This document shows positions 9,713 to 21,544 of a stretch of 32,000 nucleotides of DNA, in pieces; the first letter of the stretch is position 1; every line of letters begins with the position of its first letter. Under the pieces are notes generated by a model. It ran no database searches and had not been told where the DNA came from. It saw only the letters and a program-made list of their open reading frames with translations. Source of the DNA: Aliivibrio fischeri ES114 (GTDB taxonomy: Bacteria > Pseudomonadota > Gammaproteobacteria > Enterobacterales > Vibrionaceae). The stretch lies in assembly GCF_000011805.1 (NCBI RefSeq), contig NC_006840.2; one strand, given 5' to 3'. Made by a program: the position numbers and the translations under genes.

Positions 9713-11200
9713 ATGAACAAAGAAATCTTAGCTGTTGTAGAAGCAGTATCAAATGAAAAAGCTGTTCCTCGTGAGCGAATTTTTGAAGCATTAGAAATCG
9801 CGCTTGCAACAGCAACAAAGAAAAAATCTGAAATGGAAATTGAAGTACGTGTAGCGATCGATCGCAAAACAGGTGACTTCGAAACATTCCGTCGTTGGGT
9901 TGCAGTAGAAAACGTTGAAAATCCAACGCTTGAAATTTCTATTGAAGCAGCACAGTTTGAAGATGAAACTATCGAAATCGGTGGTTACGTTGAAGATGAT
10001 ATCGAGTCAGTAACATTTGACCGTATTACAACTCAAACAGCGAAACAAGTTATCGTACAAAAAGTACGTGAAGCTGAACGTGCAATGATCGTTGAACAGT
10101 TTATTGATAATGAAGGTGAGCTAATCACTGGTATCGTTAAGAAAGTAAACCGTGATGCAATCATCGTAGATCTTGGTAACAACGCTGAAGCGGTAATTTT
10201 ACGTGAAGATCAACTTCCACGTGAAAACTTCCGTCCAGGTGACCGTGTTCGTGGTCTGCTATATGCAGTTAAACCTGAAGCACGTGGTTTCCAATTATTC
10301 ATGACACGTTCAAAAGGCGTAATGCTAACTGAACTATTCCGCGTAGAAGTACCTGAAATTGGCGAAGAGCTAATTGAATTAAAAGGTGCGGCTCGTGATC
10401 CAGGTTCTCGTGCTAAGATCGCAGTTAAAACAAACGATAAGCGTATTGACCCTGTTGGTGCGTGTGTTGGTATGCGTGGCGCACGTGTACAAGCTGTATC
10501 TGGTGAGCTTGGTGGTGAGCGTATTGATATCGTGCTTTGGGATGATAACCCAGCGCAATTCGTTATCAATGCAATGGCTCCGGCAGAAGTTGCTTCAATC
10601 ATTGTTGATGAAGACAACAACACAATGGATATCGCTGTTGAAGCTGATAATCTAGCACAAGCAATTGGCCGTAGTGGTCAAAACGTACGTTTAGCATCTC
10701 AACTTACTGGTTGGGAATTAAACGTAATGACAGTTGCTGATCTTAACAAGAAGCACCAAGAAGAAGCTCAAGGTTCTATTGATGCATTCGTTAAGCATTT
10801 AGATATTGATGCAGACTTTGCTCAGCTATTAGTTGAAGAAGGTTTCACTACTCTAGAAGAAGTTGCATATGTACCTGTAAATGAACTTCTAGAAATTGAA
10901 GAGTTAGATGAAGATACTGTTGATGCTCTACGTACTCGTGCGAAAGAAGCATTAACAACATTAGCGCTAGCTCAAGAAGAATCATTAGATGGCGTTGAGC
11001 CAGCTGAAGACCTACTTGCTCTTGAAGGCTTAGAGCGTGAGCTTGCTTTCAAACTTGCAGCTAAAGGTGTTATTACACTTGAAGACCTTGCAGACCAAGG
11101 TGTTGATGAACTGTCTGATATTGAAAATCTAACAGAAGAGCGTGCTGGTGAGTTAATCATGGCTGCTCGTAATATCTGTTGGTTTAGTGACGAAGAATAA
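9713..11200 (+). CDS. nusA: Transcription termination/antitermination factor NusA
   Basis: 495 aa. [21 protein letters not shown]..., S1 and KH regions, and the C-terminal [10 protein letters not shown]. Colinear with E. coli NusA. Confidence 0.97.
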   Translation: MNKEILAVVEAVSNEKAVPRERIFEALEIALATATKKKSEMEIEVRVAIDRKTGDFETFRRWVAVENVENPTLEISIEAAQFEDETIEIGGYVEDDIESVTFDRITTQTAKQVIVQKVREAERAMIVEQFIDNEGELITGIVKKVNRDAIIVDLGNNAEAVILREDQLPRENFRPGDRVRGLLYAVKPEARGFQLFMTRSKGVMLTELFRVEVPEIGEELIELKGAARDPGSRAKIAVKTNDKRIDPVGACVGMRGARVQAVSGELGGERIDIVLWDDNPAQFVINAMAPAEVASIIVDEDNNTMDIAVEADNLAQAIGRSGQNVRLASQLTGWELNVMTVADLNKKHQEEAQGSIDAFVKHLDIDADFAQLLVEEGFTTLEEVAYVPVNELLEIEELDEDTVDALRTRAKEALTTLALAQEESLDGVEPAEDLLALEGLERELAFKLAAKGVITLEDLADQGVDELSDIENLTEERAGELIMAARNICWFSDEE

Positions 11201-11224
11201 TAATAGCAAGCAAGGAGAAGCGGT

Positions 11225-13906
11225 ATGACAAAGCTTACGGTAAAAGCACTTAGTGAAGAAATTGGAACTCCAGTTGACCGCTTACTTCAGCAATTTTCGG
11301 ATGCTGGTATTAATAAAAAAGACGGAGACTCTGTAACTGAAAGTGAAAAGCAATCTTTGCTGGTTCACTTGAAGAAAGAGCATGGTAGTGTTGATGATAG
11401 TGCATCACCTACACGTCTAACTCTTCAACGCAAAACTCGCAGCACGTTAAGTGTTGCGGGTAGCGGTGGTAAAAGTAAAGATGTGCAAGTAGAAGTTCGT
11501 AAAAAACGTACTTATGTAAAAGCAAGCGCACTTGAAGAAGAGAAAAAAGCTGAGCAACTGAAAGCAGAAGCTGAAGAACAAGCCAAACGCGATGCAGAGG
11601 AAGCTGCAGTTCGCGAACTTGAACAAAAAGCACAACGTGAAGCGGAAGAGCAGGCAAAACGTGAAGCTGAGGCAGAAGCCAAAGCGAAACGTGAAGCTGA
11701 AGAAAAAGCGAAACGTGCTGAAGCTGATAAGGCTAAAAAAGAAATGACTAAGAAAAACGAACAAGCGAAAAAAGAAGCTGAGGAGCTTAAAGCTCGTCAG
11801 GAACTAGAAGCGACTCGTAAAGCAGAAGCTGAAGCGGCAAAATTAGTAGAAGAAGCTCGTAAACTGGCTGAAGAAAATGAAGCTCGTTGGAAAGAAGAAG
11901 AGCAAAAGAAATCAGCTGCTGAAAAAGACGCTGATTACCATGTAACTACTTCTTCTCATGCGCGTGAAGCTGAAGATGCAGCTGATCGTAAAGAAGAGCA
12001 ACAACCTCGCCGTCGTAAGAAAAAAGCAAAACCTGCAGAAGCTGCTGCTCCTCGTGGTGGTCGTAACCAACGCGGTGGTCGTAATAAGAAAGCACAAGTT
12101 AACAAACCTACTTCAATGCAACATGGCTTTGATAAGTCAGCGACAGTTGCTAAGCAAGACGTTGCTATCGGTGAAACAATCGTTGTTTCTGAGCTAGCAA
12201 GCAAAATGTCTGTTAAAGCAACAGAAGTAATCAAAGTTATGATGAAGATGGGCGCTATGGCGACTATCAACCAAGTGATCGACCAAGAAACTGCACAACT
12301 TGTTGCAGAAGAAATGGGTCACAAAGTAATTCTTCGTAAAGAAAATGAATTAGAAGAAGCGGTACTATCTGATCGTGACAACAGCGCTGAAGCTGAAGGT
12401 CGTGCTCCAGTAGTTACAATCATGGGTCACGTTGACCATGGTAAAACTTCTACACTTGACTACATTCGTCGTGCACACGTTGCTGACGCTGAAGCGGGTG
12501 GTATTACACAACACATCGGTGCATACCACGTTGAAACTGACAACGGTATGATCACTTTCCTTGATACTCCTGGACACGCAGCGTTTACAGCTATGCGTGC
12601 TCGTGGTGCTCAAGCGACAGATATCGTTGTTCTTGTTGTTGCAGCAGATGATGGTGTTATGCCACAAACAATCGAAGCTATCCAACACGCAAAAGCGGCA
12701 GGTGTACCTCTGATTGTTGCTGTGAACAAGATCGATAAAGAAGATGCAAACCCAGATAACGTTAAGAATGAGCTTGCTCAATACGACGTAATTCCTGAAG
12801 AGTGGGGCGGTGAGAACATGTTTGTTCACATCTCTGCTAAGCAAGGTACAAATATCGATGGTCTTCTAGAAGCGATTCTTCTTCAGTCTGAAGTTTTAGA
12901 ACTTACAGCGGTAAGAGAAGGCATGGCATCAGGTGTTGTTGTTGAATCTCGTCTTGATAAAGGTCGTGGTCCTGTTGCAACAGTTCTTGTTCAATCTGGT
13001 ACTCTTAACAAAGGCGATATCGTTCTTTGTGGTCAAGAATACGGCCGTGTTCGTGCAATGCGCGATGAAAATGGTAAAGAGATTGAATCAGCTGGTCCAT
13101 CTATCCCTGTTGAGATCCTTGGTCTTTCTGGCGTTCCTGCATCTGGTGATGAAGCTACAGTTGTTCGTGATGAGCGTAAAGCACGTGAAGTTGCAAACTA
13201 CCGTCAAGGTAAATTCCGTGATGTTAAACTAGCTCGTCAGCAAAAAGCGAAATTAGAGAACATGTTCTCTAACATGACTGCTGGTGAAGTTGCTGAACTA
13301 AATGTAGTTCTAAAAGCTGACGTTCAAGGTTCTGTTGAAGCGATTGCTGATTCATTACGTAAACTGTCAACTGACGAAGTTAAAGTTAACATCGTAGGTT
13401 CTGGTGTTGGTGGTATTACTGAAACTGATGCAGTACTTGCAGCAGCATCTAACGCTATTATTCTTGGCTTCAATGTTCGTGCTGATGCAACTGCTCGCCG
13501 TACAATTGAAAACGAGAACCTAGATCTTCGTTACTACTCAATCATCTACCAACTGATCGATGAAGTTAAAGCTGCAATGGGCGGTATGCTTGCTCCTGAG
13601 TTTAAACAAGAAATCATTGGTCTTGCTCAAGTTCGTGACGTATTTAAGTCGCCTAAACTTGGTGCAATCGCTGGTTGTATGGTTACAGAAGGTACGATTA
13701 AGCGTAGCAACCCAATCCGTGTACTACGTGATAACGTAGTAATTTACGAAGGTGAGCTAGAATCACTACGTCGCTTTAAAGATGACGTGGCTGAAGTTAA
13801 AAATGGTTACGAGTGTGGTATCGGCGTTAAGAACTACAACGACGTACGCGTTGGTGACCAAATCGAAGTATTCGAAATCGTTGAGATCAAACGTACTCTT
13901 GACTAA
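11225..13906 (+). CDS. infB: Translation initiation factor IF-2
   Basis: 893 aa. Charged Ala/Glu/Lys-rich N-terminal region and a G domain ([17 protein letters not shown]). The C-terminal half is colinear with E. coli IF2. Confidence 0.97.
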   Translation: MTKLTVKALSEEIGTPVDRLLQQFSDAGINKKDGDSVTESEKQSLLVHLKKEHGSVDDSASPTRLTLQRKTRSTLSVAGSGGKSKDVQVEVRKKRTYVKASALEEEKKAEQLKAEAEEQAKRDAEEAAVRELEQKAQREAEEQAKREAEAEAKAKREAEEKAKRAEADKAKKEMTKKNEQAKKEAEELKARQELEATRKAEAEAAKLVEEARKLAEENEARWKEEEQKKSAAEKDADYHVTTSSHAREAEDAADRKEEQQPRRRKKKAKPAEAAAPRGGRNQRGGRNKKAQVNKPTSMQHGFDKSATVAKQDVAIGETIVVSELASKMSVKATEVIKVMMKMGAMATINQVIDQETAQLVAEEMGHKVILRKENELEEAVLSDRDNSAEAEGRAPVVTIMGHVDHGKTSTLDYIRRAHVADAEAGGITQHIGAYHVETDNGMITFLDTPGHAAFTAMRARGAQATDIVVLVVAADDGVMPQTIEAIQHAKAAGVPLIVAVNKIDKEDANPDNVKNELAQYDVIPEEWGGENMFVHISAKQGTNIDGLLEAILLQSEVLELTAVREGMASGVVVESRLDKGRGPVATVLVQSGTLNKGDIVLCGQEYGRVRAMRDENGKEIESAGPSIPVEILGLSGVPASGDEATVVRDERKAREVANYRQGKFRDVKLARQQKAKLENMFSNMTAGEVAELNVVLKADVQGSVEAIADSLRKLSTDEVKVNIVGSGVGGITETDAVLAAASNAIILGFNVRADATARRTIENENLDLRYYSIIYQLIDEVKAAMGGMLAPEFKQEIIGLAQVRDVFKSPKLGAIAGCMVTEGTIKRSNPIRVLRDNVVIYEGELESLRRFKDDVAEVKNGYECGIGVKNYNDVRVGDQIEVFEIVEIKRTLD

Positions 13907-13966
13907 TTGACTATAATTACTAACGTTATCTTTAAAGGTAAGTAGTAATCGGTTGTTGAATACACC

Positions 13967-13997
13967 ATGGGGGGCTGGTAATTACCAAGCCCCCCAT
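13967..13997 (+). promoter_or_regulatory. Strong GC hairpin between infB and rbfA (attenuator or processing site)
   Basis: ATGGGGGGCTGGTA / TACCAAGCCCCCCAT form a stem of about 14 bp with one bulge. It is followed only by CTTTCT, so it is not a canonical terminator. Confidence 0.45.
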
Positions 13998-14017
13998 CTT
14001 TCTAAGAGAGAAAAGAT

Positions 14018-14425
14018 ATGTCAAAAGAATTTAGCCGCACACAGCGTGTGTCGCAACAATTACAAAAAGAACTAGCAGTTATGCTACAACGTGAAGTTCG
14101 TGATTCACGTATCGGTATGGTGACGATTTCTGATGTAGAAGTATCACGTGACTTAGCTTATGCAAAAGTATTCGTGACTTTCTTCTGTGTTGGTGAGCAA
14201 ACTCCAGAATCAAGCTTAGCCGCTCTAAAAGAGCACGAGCCATCATTACGTATGATGCTTGGCAAGCGCATTCGTTTACGTCTAACTCCTGAAATTCGTT
14301 TTACTTACGACAACACGCTTGTTGAAGGTATGCGTATGTCTAACTTAGTAACTGATGTTGTTAATACAGATAAGCGTAAAATGGCAGAATCAGGCCGTAC
14401 CGAATCAGATGAAGGTGAAGAGTAA
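14018..14425 (+). CDS. rbfA: 30S ribosome-binding factor RbfA
   Basis: [55 protein letters not shown] is colinear with E. coli RbfA. Confidence 0.95.
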   Translation: MSKEFSRTQRVSQQLQKELAVMLQREVRDSRIGMVTISDVEVSRDLAYAKVFVTFFCVGEQTPESSLAALKEHEPSLRMMLGKRIRLRLTPEIRFTYDNTLVEGMRMSNLVTDVVNTDKRKMAESGRTESDEGEE

Positions 14426-15375
14426 TGGCTCGCCGTCGTAAGGGTCGTCCGGTTAATGGTGTTATCTTAATTGATAAACCAACAGGTATTACTTCAAACG
14501 ATACTCTGCAAAAAGTTAAACGCATTTACTTTGCTGAAAAAGCAGGTCATACAGGTGCACTTGATCCTCTAGCAACAGGTATGCTTCCTATTTGCTTAGG
14601 TGAAGCAACGAAGTTTTCCCAGTTTCTTTTAGACTCAGATAAACGTTACCGTGTTGTCGCTAAACTGGGTGAACGTACGAATACTTCAGACTCAGATGGT
14701 GAAGTGGTTCAAACTCGTGAAGTAAAAGTGGATCGCGGTCAACTTGAGCGTTGTATTGCGAAATTCCGTGGTACAACGGATCAAATTCCATCGATGTTCT
14801 CAGCATTAAAATACCAAGGTCGTCCTTTGTATGAATATGCTCGTGAAGGCATTGAAGTACCTCGTGAGTCTCGTAAGATCACTGTTTACTCTATTGAATT
14901 ACTTCGCTTTGAAGGTCATGAAGTAGAAATGGAAGTACATTGTTCAAAAGCACTTACATTCGTACGATTACCGACGATTTTAGGCGAAATGCTGGGTTGT
15001 GGTGCGCACGTAACTTATTTACGTCGTACTGGTGTATCGAATTATCCATATGAGAATATGGTAACGATTGAAGACTTAGAAGCATTACTTGAACAAGCTC
15101 ATCGTGAAGAGCGTGCTCCTCGTGAGTTACTTGATCCATTACTAATGCCAATGGATTCAGCGGTACAAGACCTACCTGAAGTGAATATGATCCCTGAATT
15201 GGCTGATCATGTGCTTCATGGCCAACCGGTTCAAGTGTTTGGTGCTCCGCAAGATGGCATCGTACGTATGACATCGGGTGACGAACGTCTATTCATTGGT
15301 GTGGGTCACATTGATGATGATGGTCGCGTTGCTCCTAAGCGCTTAGTTGTTTTTCGAGATGAAGAAGAAAAATAA
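14425..15375 (+). CDS. truB: tRNA pseudouridine-55 synthase TruB, with an internally frame-swapped motif (see findings)
   Basis: 316 aa. TAATG overlap with rbf[25 protein letters not shown] contains the catalytic Asp. Colinear with E. coli TruB except residues encoded by 14950..14981. Confidence 0.92.
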   Translation: MARRRKGRPVNGVILIDKPTGITSNDTLQKVKRIYFAEKAGHTGALDPLATGMLPICLGEATKFSQFLLDSDKRYRVVAKLGERTNTSDSDGEVVQTREVKVDRGQLERCIAKFRGTTDQIPSMFSALKYQGRPLYEYAREGIEVPRESRKITVYSIELLRFEGHEVEMEVHCSKALTFVRLPTILGEMLGCGAHVTYLRRTGVSNYPYENMVTIEDLEALLEQAHREERAPRELLDPLLMPMDSAVQDLPEVNMIPELADHVLHGQPVQVFGAPQDGIVRMTSGDERLFIGVGHIDDDGRVAPKRLVVFRDEEEK

Positions 15376-15403
15376 TTAATACTTAGTCTTAAAAGAATTA
15401 GAA

Positions 15404-15437
15404 AGAGCAAAAGCTGTTGGTTTTTGCTCTTTTTTTA
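15404..15437 (+). terminator. Rho-independent terminator after truB
   Basis: AGAGCAAAA-gctgttggt-TTTTGCTCT followed by TTTTTT. Confidence 0.7.
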
Positions 15438-15465
15438 TTGCTTTATTATTGTTCATCCGTATAAT
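15438..15465 (+). promoter_or_regulatory. Candidate sigma-70 promoter of rpsO
   Basis: TTGCTT (15438..15443), 16-nt spacer, TATAAT (15460..15465). The structured leader (GTAGTGGC...GGCTACTAC) is consistent with an S15 autoregulatory operator. Confidence 0.5.
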
Positions 15466-15538
15466 TCGCTCTTCGCGTAGTGGCTGAATCAGAGATTGGC
15501 TACTACAAATATTAAACTACTCTTATCAGGAGAGAATT

Positions 15539-15808
15539 ATGTCTCTGAATGCAGAAACTAAAGCAGCAATCGTTGCTGAATACGCACAATCTGAAGGCGA
15601 CACAGGTTCACCAGAAGTACAAGTAGCACTACTAACTGCTTCTATCAACCACCTTCAAGGTCACTTTGCTAATCACAAGCACGATCACCACAGCCGTCGT
15701 GGTCTACTACGTATGGTTTCTAGCCGTCGTAAGCTTCTTGATTACCTAAAAGGCAAAAACCTTGCTCGTTACCAAGATCTAATCAAACGTCTAGGCCTAC
15801 GTCGCTAA
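15539..15808 (+). CDS. rpsO: 30S ribosomal protein S15
   Basis: 89 aa. [43 protein letters not shown]...RLGLRR. Confidence 0.97.
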   Translation: MSLNAETKAAIVAEYAQSEGDTGSPEVQVALLTASINHLQGHFANHKHDHHSRRGLLRMVSSRRKLLDYLKGKNLARYQDLIKRLGLRR

Positions 15809-15837
15809 TTTGCGATGTCTGTAAAGACAGTTTGACG

Positions 15838-15867
15838 AAAAGGAGCGTTTATCGCTCCTTTTTTTAT
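15838..15867 (+). terminator. Rho-independent terminator after rpsO
   Basis: AAAAGGAGCG-tttat-CGCTCCTTTTTTTAT. Confidence 0.8.
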
Positions 15868-16003
15868 GCGCTAAAATCTCCTTTTTCATTCCTGAAACTC
15901 GCATCTTCCCCTAATTGAGGTATACTGTGCCTCGTTGAAATTACTCAGTAGTAATTTTGATAAAACTATCCAATTCATCATATTACAGTCACCGAAGTCG
16001 GCC

Positions 16004-16068
16004 ACTAGGTCGCGGCTATTACAAATTGTCTTTAATGAAGTCAATTTGTACTAGTCGCGATTAGTAGT
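16004..16068 (+). promoter_or_regulatory. Long imperfect hairpin in the pnp leader (candidate RNase III autoregulatory stem)
   Basis: ACTA..TCGCG..gctat..TACAAATTG (16004..16028) pairs with CAATTTGTA..ctagt..CGCGA..TAGT (16042..16068). The E. coli pnp leader carries an RNase III-cleaved stem at the equivalent place. Confidence 0.45.
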
Positions 16069-16146
16069 ATGTTGAATTATCAACTACAAATTTCTTATTT
16101 TTGATAGCACAACGTGCCATGTAAAAATAAGAATAAAGGAAAAAAA

Positions 16147-18276
16147 ATGTTCGCGAATCCAGTCGTAAAATCATTTCAGTACGGTAACCATACCGTTACT
16201 CTAGAAACGGGTGTAATTGCTCGTCAAGCTACAGCTGCTGTAATGGCAAGCATGGACGATACATCTGTATTCGTTTCTGTTGTTGCTAAGAAAGAAGCGG
16301 TTCCAGGCCAAGATTTCTTCCCACTAACAGTTAACTACCAAGAGCGTACGTACGCTGCGGGCAAAATCCCTGGTGGTTTCTTTAAGCGTGAAGGTCGTCC
16401 TTCTGAAGCTGAAACACTAACAGCTCGTCTAATTGACCGTCCAATCCGTCCTCTTTTCCCTGATGCATTCAAAAACGAAGTACAGGTAATTGCAACGGTT
16501 GTTTCTATCAACCCTGAAGTTAACCCAGACATGATCACTATGATCGGTACGTCTGCGGCATTAGCTATCGCTGGTATTCCATTTAATGGTCCTATCGGTG
16601 CTGCACGTGTTGGTCACATCAACGGTGAGCTTGTTCTTAACCCATCAAATACTGAACTTGAAAACTCTAAACTAGACCTAGTTGTGTCTGGTACAGAAGG
16701 TGCAGTATTAATGGTTGAATCAGAAGCTGATAACCTAACTGAAGAAGAAATGCTTTCTGCTGTTGTATTCGGTCACGAACAACAACAAGTAGTTATCAAC
16801 GCTATCAACGAATTCGCTGCTGAAGTTGCAACTCCAGCATGGGATTGGGTTGCTCCAGAAGAGAACACAGTTCTTAACGCGCGTATTGCAGAGTTAGCAG
16901 AAGCTAAATTAGTTGAAGCTTACCAAATTACTGAAAAAATGACTCGTTACGATCGCATTCATGAAATCGCAGCTGAAGTTAACGAAGTTCTAGTATCTGA
17001 AAACGAAGACGTGAACCTAAAAGAAGTTCACACTATCTTCCACGATCTAGAGAAAACAGTTGTACGTCGCAGCATCATCGCTGGTAACCCACGTATCGAT
17101 GGTCGTGAAAAAGACATGGTTCGTGCGCTAGACGTACGTACTGGTGTTCTTCCACGTACTCACGGTTCTTCTCTATTCACACGCGGTGAAACTCAAGCTC
17201 TTGTTACTGCAACGCTTGGTACACAACGTGATGCTCAAATCATCGATAGCCTAATGGGTGAGAAGAAAGATCACTTCCTTCTACACTACAATTTCCCTCC
17301 ATACTGTGTAGGTGAAACTGGTTTTGTTGGTTCTCCTAAGCGTCGTGAAATCGGTCACGGTAAACTGGCTAAACGTGGTATCCAAGCGGTTATGCCTTCT
17401 ATTGAAGAATTCCCATACACAGTACGTGTAGTATCGGAAATCACTGAATCTAACGGTTCATCTTCAATGGCTTCTGTATGTGGTACATCTCTAGCTCTTA
17501 TGGATGCTGGTGTTCCAATTAAAGCATCTGTTGCTGGTATCGCAATGGGTCTTGTGAAAGAAGGTGACGATTTCGTTGTTCTTTCTGATATTCTAGGTGA
17601 CGAAGACCACCTTGGTGATATGGACTTTAAAGTAGCGGGTACTAACGAAGGTATCACTGCACTTCAAATGGATATCAAAATCGAAGGCATCACTAAAGAG
17701 ATCATGCAGATCGCTCTAAACCAAGCTCAAGGTGCGCGTAAGCACATCCTTAAAGTTATGGATGAAGCTATCTCTGGTGCTCGTGAAGAGATCTCTGAAT
17801 TTGCTCCACGTATCCACACAATGAAGATCAGCTCTGATAAGATCAAAGATGTTATCGGTAAAGGTGGTGCAGTTATCCGTGCTCTTTGTGAAGAGACTGG
17901 TACAACTATCGAAATCGAAGATGACGGTACGATCAAAATCGCTGCAACTGAAGGCGCTGCTGCTAAAGAAGCGATTCGTCGCATCGAAGAGATCACTGCT
18001 GAAGTTGAAGTTGGTAAGATCTACACAGGTAAAGTTATGCGTATCGTAGATTTCGGTGCGTTCGTAACGGTTCTTGGTCCTAAAGAAGGTCTAGTTCATA
18101 TTTCTCAAATCGCAGAAGAGCGCATCGAGAAAGTAGCTGATCACCTACAAGTTGGTCAAGAAGTGAAAACTAAAGTACTTGAAATCGACCGTCAAGGCCG
18201 TATCCGTCTAAGTATTAAAGAAGCAAATGCTGAACTAAACCCAGCACCTGCTGCTGAAGCAAAAGACGCAGAATAA
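16147..18276 (+). CDS. pnp: Polynucleotide phosphorylase
   Basis: [33 protein letters not shown]... with two RNase PH domains, KH and S1. The ATG at 16147 is preceded by AAGGA. The track start at 16114 adds a non-homologous Lys-rich extension. Confidence 0.97.
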   Translation: MFANPVVKSFQYGNHTVTLETGVIARQATAAVMASMDDTSVFVSVVAKKEAVPGQDFFPLTVNYQERTYAAGKIPGGFFKREGRPSEAETLTARLIDRPIRPLFPDAFKNEVQVIATVVSINPEVNPDMITMIGTSAALAIAGIPFNGPIGAARVGHINGELVLNPSNTELENSKLDLVVSGTEGAVLMVESEADNLTEEEMLSAVVFGHEQQQVVINAINEFAAEVATPAWDWVAPEENTVLNARIAELAEAKLVEAYQITEKMTRYDRIHEIAAEVNEVLVSENEDVNLKEVHTIFHDLEKTVVRRSIIAGNPRIDGREKDMVRALDVRTGVLPRTHGSSLFTRGETQALVTATLGTQRDAQIIDSLMGEKKDHFLLHYNFPPYCVGETGFVGSPKRREIGHGKLAKRGIQAVMPSIEEFPYTVRVVSEITESNGSSSMASVCGTSLALMDAGVPIKASVAGIAMGLVKEGDDFVVLSDILGDEDHLGDMDFKVAGTNEGITALQMDIKIEGITKEIMQIALNQAQGARKHILKVMDEAISGAREEISEFAPRIHTMKISSDKIKDVIGKGGAVIRALCEETGTTIEIEDDGTIKIAATEGAAAKEAIRRIEEITAEVEVGKIYTGKVMRIVDFGAFVTVLGPKEGLVHISQIAEERIEKVADHLQVGQEVKTKVLEIDRQGRIRLSIKEANAELNPAPAAEAKDAE

Positions 18277-18315
18277 TCTTATTGATTACAGTCTTTTGAT
18301 TTAAAGCATGTTATA

Positions 18316-18345
18316 AAGGGAGCAGAAATGCTCCCTTTTCTTTTA
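18316..18345 (+). terminator. Rho-independent terminator after pnp
   Basis: AAGGGAGCA-gaaa-TGCTCCCTTTTCTTTT. Confidence 0.75.
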
Positions 18346-18396
18346 ATATAGAGTCACTTTTATTAAAAGAATTAGGTTTATCATAGGAGAAAATGA

Positions 18397-19380
18397 GTGA
18401 ATTGGATTCGAGTAGCCTTAGTTGGCGCAGTATTAGTGTTGTCTGGGTGTGCATCTAAAGGGGATACTTCAGGATGGGGATACCCACCAATGGCGGTTCC
18501 TTTACAACCAAGTATCCAACAAGAGATCCAATTATCTCGTTTGGACCAATTGCTACAACGCCCCGATGTGGATGATGTAACTCGTGCAAAAATGTACTAT
18601 GAAAGAGGGTTAATTAAAGACAGTTTAGGTTTACGTGACTTGGCTCGTGTCGACTTTACTCAATCTTTAACTTTAAAACCTGATCAGAGTGATGTGTTTA
18701 ATATTCTTGGTGTTTACTACACGCAAAATACGGATTTTGATGGAGCGTATGAAGCGTTAGATTCAGCTTTAGAATTAGACCCAAATAATCAATTTGCTGA
18801 ACGTAATTTAGCTATCGCTTTGTATTATGGTGAACGTTACGATCAAGCATATGAAATAGCTCAGAAGCATTACAATGATGCTCCTCGTGACCCATACCGT
18901 GCAATTTGGTTGTATTGGATTGGATTAGAAGTGGATGCGAAAGTGGCAACAGAGACCTTCCAGAAACAATATCAACAAAGAACAGATGAAGATTTTGGAT
19001 GGGATCTTGCAGGGTTAATTTTAAAAGAAACTTCTGAAGATGAGTTTTTGAAAAAAATCTTAACTACAACTCGTAATAATGTGGCATTGGCAGAAAAACT
19101 AACAGAAGGTTATTTTTATTTAGCTAAACGTTATCAATACGAAGGTGATTATCCAAACGCAATTGCTTTGTATAAGCTAAGTATGTCGAACAACGTTTAT
19201 GAGTATGTAGAACATCGATATTCATTTGTGGAACTAGGTAATATCTACAAAGCTTTACGTGATTTGCAAGAGCAAAAAATAAAAGAGCAGCAAGCACAAG
19301 AAGCGAAAGAAGCACCGGTTGCACCACAAGAAAAAAGCACTGAAAAAGAGATGCTAAAAGAAGAAGCAACAGCAAAATAA
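18397..19380 (+). CDS. nlpI: TPR lipoprotein NlpI
   Basis: GTG start with AGGAG 7 nt upstream and a lipobox (LVLSGC). Colinear with E. coli NlpI (AVPLQPS..QQE, YYERGLIKDSLGLR, FVEHRY), plus a C-terminal Glu/Lys/Gln-rich extension of about 35 aa. Confidence 0.9.
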   Translation: MNWIRVALVGAVLVLSGCASKGDTSGWGYPPMAVPLQPSIQQEIQLSRLDQLLQRPDVDDVTRAKMYYERGLIKDSLGLRDLARVDFTQSLTLKPDQSDVFNILGVYYTQNTDFDGAYEALDSALELDPNNQFAERNLAIALYYGERYDQAYEIAQKHYNDAPRDPYRAIWLYWIGLEVDAKVATETFQKQYQQRTDEDFGWDLAGLILKETSEDEFLKKILTTTRNNVALAEKLTEGYFYLAKRYQYEGDYPNAIALYKLSMSNNVYEYVEHRYSFVELGNIYKALRDLQEQKIKEQQAQEAKEAPVAPQEKSTEKEMLKEEATAK

Positions 19381-19400
19381 TTAGCTACATTAGTATAATA

Positions 19401-19433
19401 AAAAAGCCTTATTCATATGGATAAGGCTTTTTT
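19401..19433. terminator. Bidirectional terminator between convergent nlpI and ubiV
   Basis: AAAAAGCCTTAT-tcatatgg-ATAAGGCTTTTTT. Confidence 0.75.
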
Positions 19434-19455
19434 GTATTCAAAAGAAAATTCAAAA

Positions 19456-20334
19456 TTACATTTGAATGTCTAATCCAGCAATATTGTGCCAGTAGCCATT
19501 ACAATGGCGAGCATCTTTTAAAGCAAATTTTTCAGAGCCTGTTTCATTAGCTTTGAATTTTCTTACTTCATCAAAGGTATCAACACTTAATGGACTCAGT
19601 CGTACTACATCAACTAGGTTACTCATGCTTGGTAAGTCATTTATCAAGTTGTAGCAGTAGCCAGATTGAGTCTGAATACCATTTAACGTGAACACTTCCT
19701 GACCTTCTTGGCTATTAACCGTAATACCTGTTGGGTATTTAATACAGCAAGTTTCACATTCATCTTTTGGTTTATTCTCTGCACGAGCAGTAAAGCAACG
19801 AGCAGAATACGCAAGAGGAAGATAACCGTAACTGAATACTTCGGTTTCAAACTTATTGCGGATACCAAGTTCGTCACATTGAGTTAATACGTTCTGTAGC
19901 CATTCACGAGAAAGCTCTACAGGCATACACCAACGTGTCATCCCTTGTTTTAAAAAGAGGTTTAGGGTTTGAGCGTTATAACAGTTAACCGCTGGGCCAA
20001 CAACAAATGGAACTTTGCTCTCTGATGCTAATTGAATTGCAGATACATCATTGGCTTCGATAATAAAATCACCATTATCAATGTACTTTTTCATTACATT
20101 GACTTCACTCGGTGCTTCTAATAAAGCCATGGTAGATAACACGACTTGTTTACCAGAATCTGAAATATCCTTAGCAATAGCAAACCAGTCTTTAGGTTTC
20201 ATTTCTCGGCGTTTTGAACAAACACTTTCACCTAAATAAATAATATCAGCTTCACTATTGGTTGCTTGTTGATAAAAGGACTCAACGTTTTCTTTAGACC
20301 AAAAGTATAGGAGTGGACCTAATGCGTATTTCAT
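19456..20334 (-). CDS. ubiV: U32-family protein UbiV (YhbV), O2-independent ubiquinone hydroxylation
   Basis: 292 aa. MKYALGPLLYFWSKENVESFYQQA...SVCSKRR...SARCFTARAENKPKDECETCCIKYP is colinear with E. coli YhbV and retains the Fe-S Cys residues. Confidence 0.9.
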   Translation of the reverse strand: MKYALGPLLYFWSKENVESFYQQATNSEADIIYLGESVCSKRREMKPKDWFAIAKDISDSGKQVVLSTMALLEAPSEVNVMKKYIDNGDFIIEANDVSAIQLASESKVPFVVGPAVNCYNAQTLNLFLKQGMTRWCMPVELSREWLQNVLTQCDELGIRNKFETEVFSYGYLPLAYSARCFTARAENKPKDECETCCIKYPTGITVNSQEGQEVFTLNGIQTQSGYCYNLINDLPSMSNLVDVVRLSPLSVDTFDEVRKFKANETGSEKFALKDARHCNGYWHNIAGLDIQM

Positions 20335-20343
20335 GATGTTCTC

Positions 20344-21345
20344 CTATTGCCACTTCTTATGATAAGCACCAAGAGTGGTTTGTGTCCCCTCTGATACATT
20401 CGCTAATGTTGCATCCCATTTAGGTTCTACCGCATAGCCTTCAGGATTTGCTTTGTAGCTATCGATAGCTGCACGCCATGTACGAGTTACTTGCTCAACA
20501 TAAGCAGGGCTGCGTTGACGTCCTTCTATTTTTACTGATGCAACATTAGCTGCAAATAATTCAGGAACTAAAGATAAGGTATTTAAACTGGTTGGTTCCT
20601 CAAGAGCATGGAAGGTTTTACCTTCTACATCAAAGCGTCCTTTACACAGGGTTGGATAGCCGGCATTTTCACCTTCACCATAACGGTCGATTAAAATATT
20701 ATTTAAACGAGATTCCAGCCCATTATCGGTTTCTTGCCAACGAACGTATTTTGCTGGTGAGCAAGCGCCTACAGTGTTTGGTGATTCACCTGTCATGTAT
20801 GATGATAAGTAACAACGACCTTCAGACATGATACATAGACTACCAAAGGCGAAGACTTCTAAATCAACATCAGAGGTTAAATTTCGAGAAAGTTGTTTAA
20901 CTTGATGGATAGATAACACTCGTGGCAAAACAACGCGTTTAATATTGAAGTTCTTTTTATAGAAATCAATAGCGGCAACATTGGTTGCAGATGCTTGTAC
21001 CGAGAGGTGTAACTCTAAATCAGGATAGGTTGTTGCAGCGTATTCTAGTACAGCAATATCAGAAATAATAAGCGCATCAATTCCCATTGCTGCTGCGTTA
21101 TCTACAGCCTTTGTCCAACGGCTAAATCCATCTGGGTGAGCAAATGTATTTAAGGCAACATGAATATGTTTATTTTTATCGTGAACATATTGCACGGCTT
21201 TCTCAAGCTTTTTACCTGTAAAGTTTAAGCCTGCAAAATGGCGAGCATTTGTGTCGTCTTTAAAACCGATATAAACAGCATCGGCGCCGCAATCAATAGC
21301 GGTTTTTAGTGCGGGCAAATTACCGGCTGGGCAGAGGAGTTCCAT
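20344..21345 (-). CDS. ubiU: U32-family protein UbiU (YhbU), O2-independent ubiquinone hydroxylation
   Basis: 333 aa. MELLCPAGNLPALKTAIDCGADAVYIGFKDDTNARHFAGLNF...FGSLCIMSEGRCYLSSY...GAYHKKWQ is colinear with E. coli YhbU. Lies 9 nt upstream of ubiV. Confidence 0.9.
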   Translation of the reverse strand: MELLCPAGNLPALKTAIDCGADAVYIGFKDDTNARHFAGLNFTGKKLEKAVQYVHDKNKHIHVALNTFAHPDGFSRWTKAVDNAAAMGIDALIISDIAVLEYAATTYPDLELHLSVQASATNVAAIDFYKKNFNIKRVVLPRVLSIHQVKQLSRNLTSDVDLEVFAFGSLCIMSEGRCYLSSYMTGESPNTVGACSPAKYVRWQETDNGLESRLNNILIDRYGEGENAGYPTLCKGRFDVEGKTFHALEEPTSLNTLSLVPELFAANVASVKIEGRQRSPAYVEQVTRTWRAAIDSYKANPEGYAVEPKWDATLANVSEGTQTTLGAYHKKWQ

Positions 21346-21509
21346 AAGAATACCTAATTACAAAAATCTGATGCTCTATGATAATAGTAACAAAATTTTG
21401 AAACTTGATATAAGGCAGGTTTTTAGTTGTTTTGTGTTTTAAATAAAGGCTTGAGATGGATTGAGGTTCAACCTGAGTTTTTGCTCTTTTTAAATTTATA
21501 ATCGACTGT

Positions 21510-21544
21510 AATACCTAGAAAGTGGTGGGTTTTATCTAGGTATT
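21510..21544 (-). terminator. Perfect 10-bp inverted repeat downstream of the GGDEF-EAL gene (possible terminator without a U-tract)
   Basis: AATACCTAGA (21510..21519) and TCTAGGTATT (21535..21544) flank a 15-nt loop, 18 nt after the stop codon. No T-run follows on the minus strand. Confidence 0.35.

Noticed and set aside
11516-11930. Degenerate GAAGCTGAA/AAAGCNGAA repeats that look like a tandem DNA repeat.
   Set aside because: They encode the Ala/Glu/Lys-rich charged linker of the IF2 N-terminal region, which is typical for this protein. The frame stays intact.
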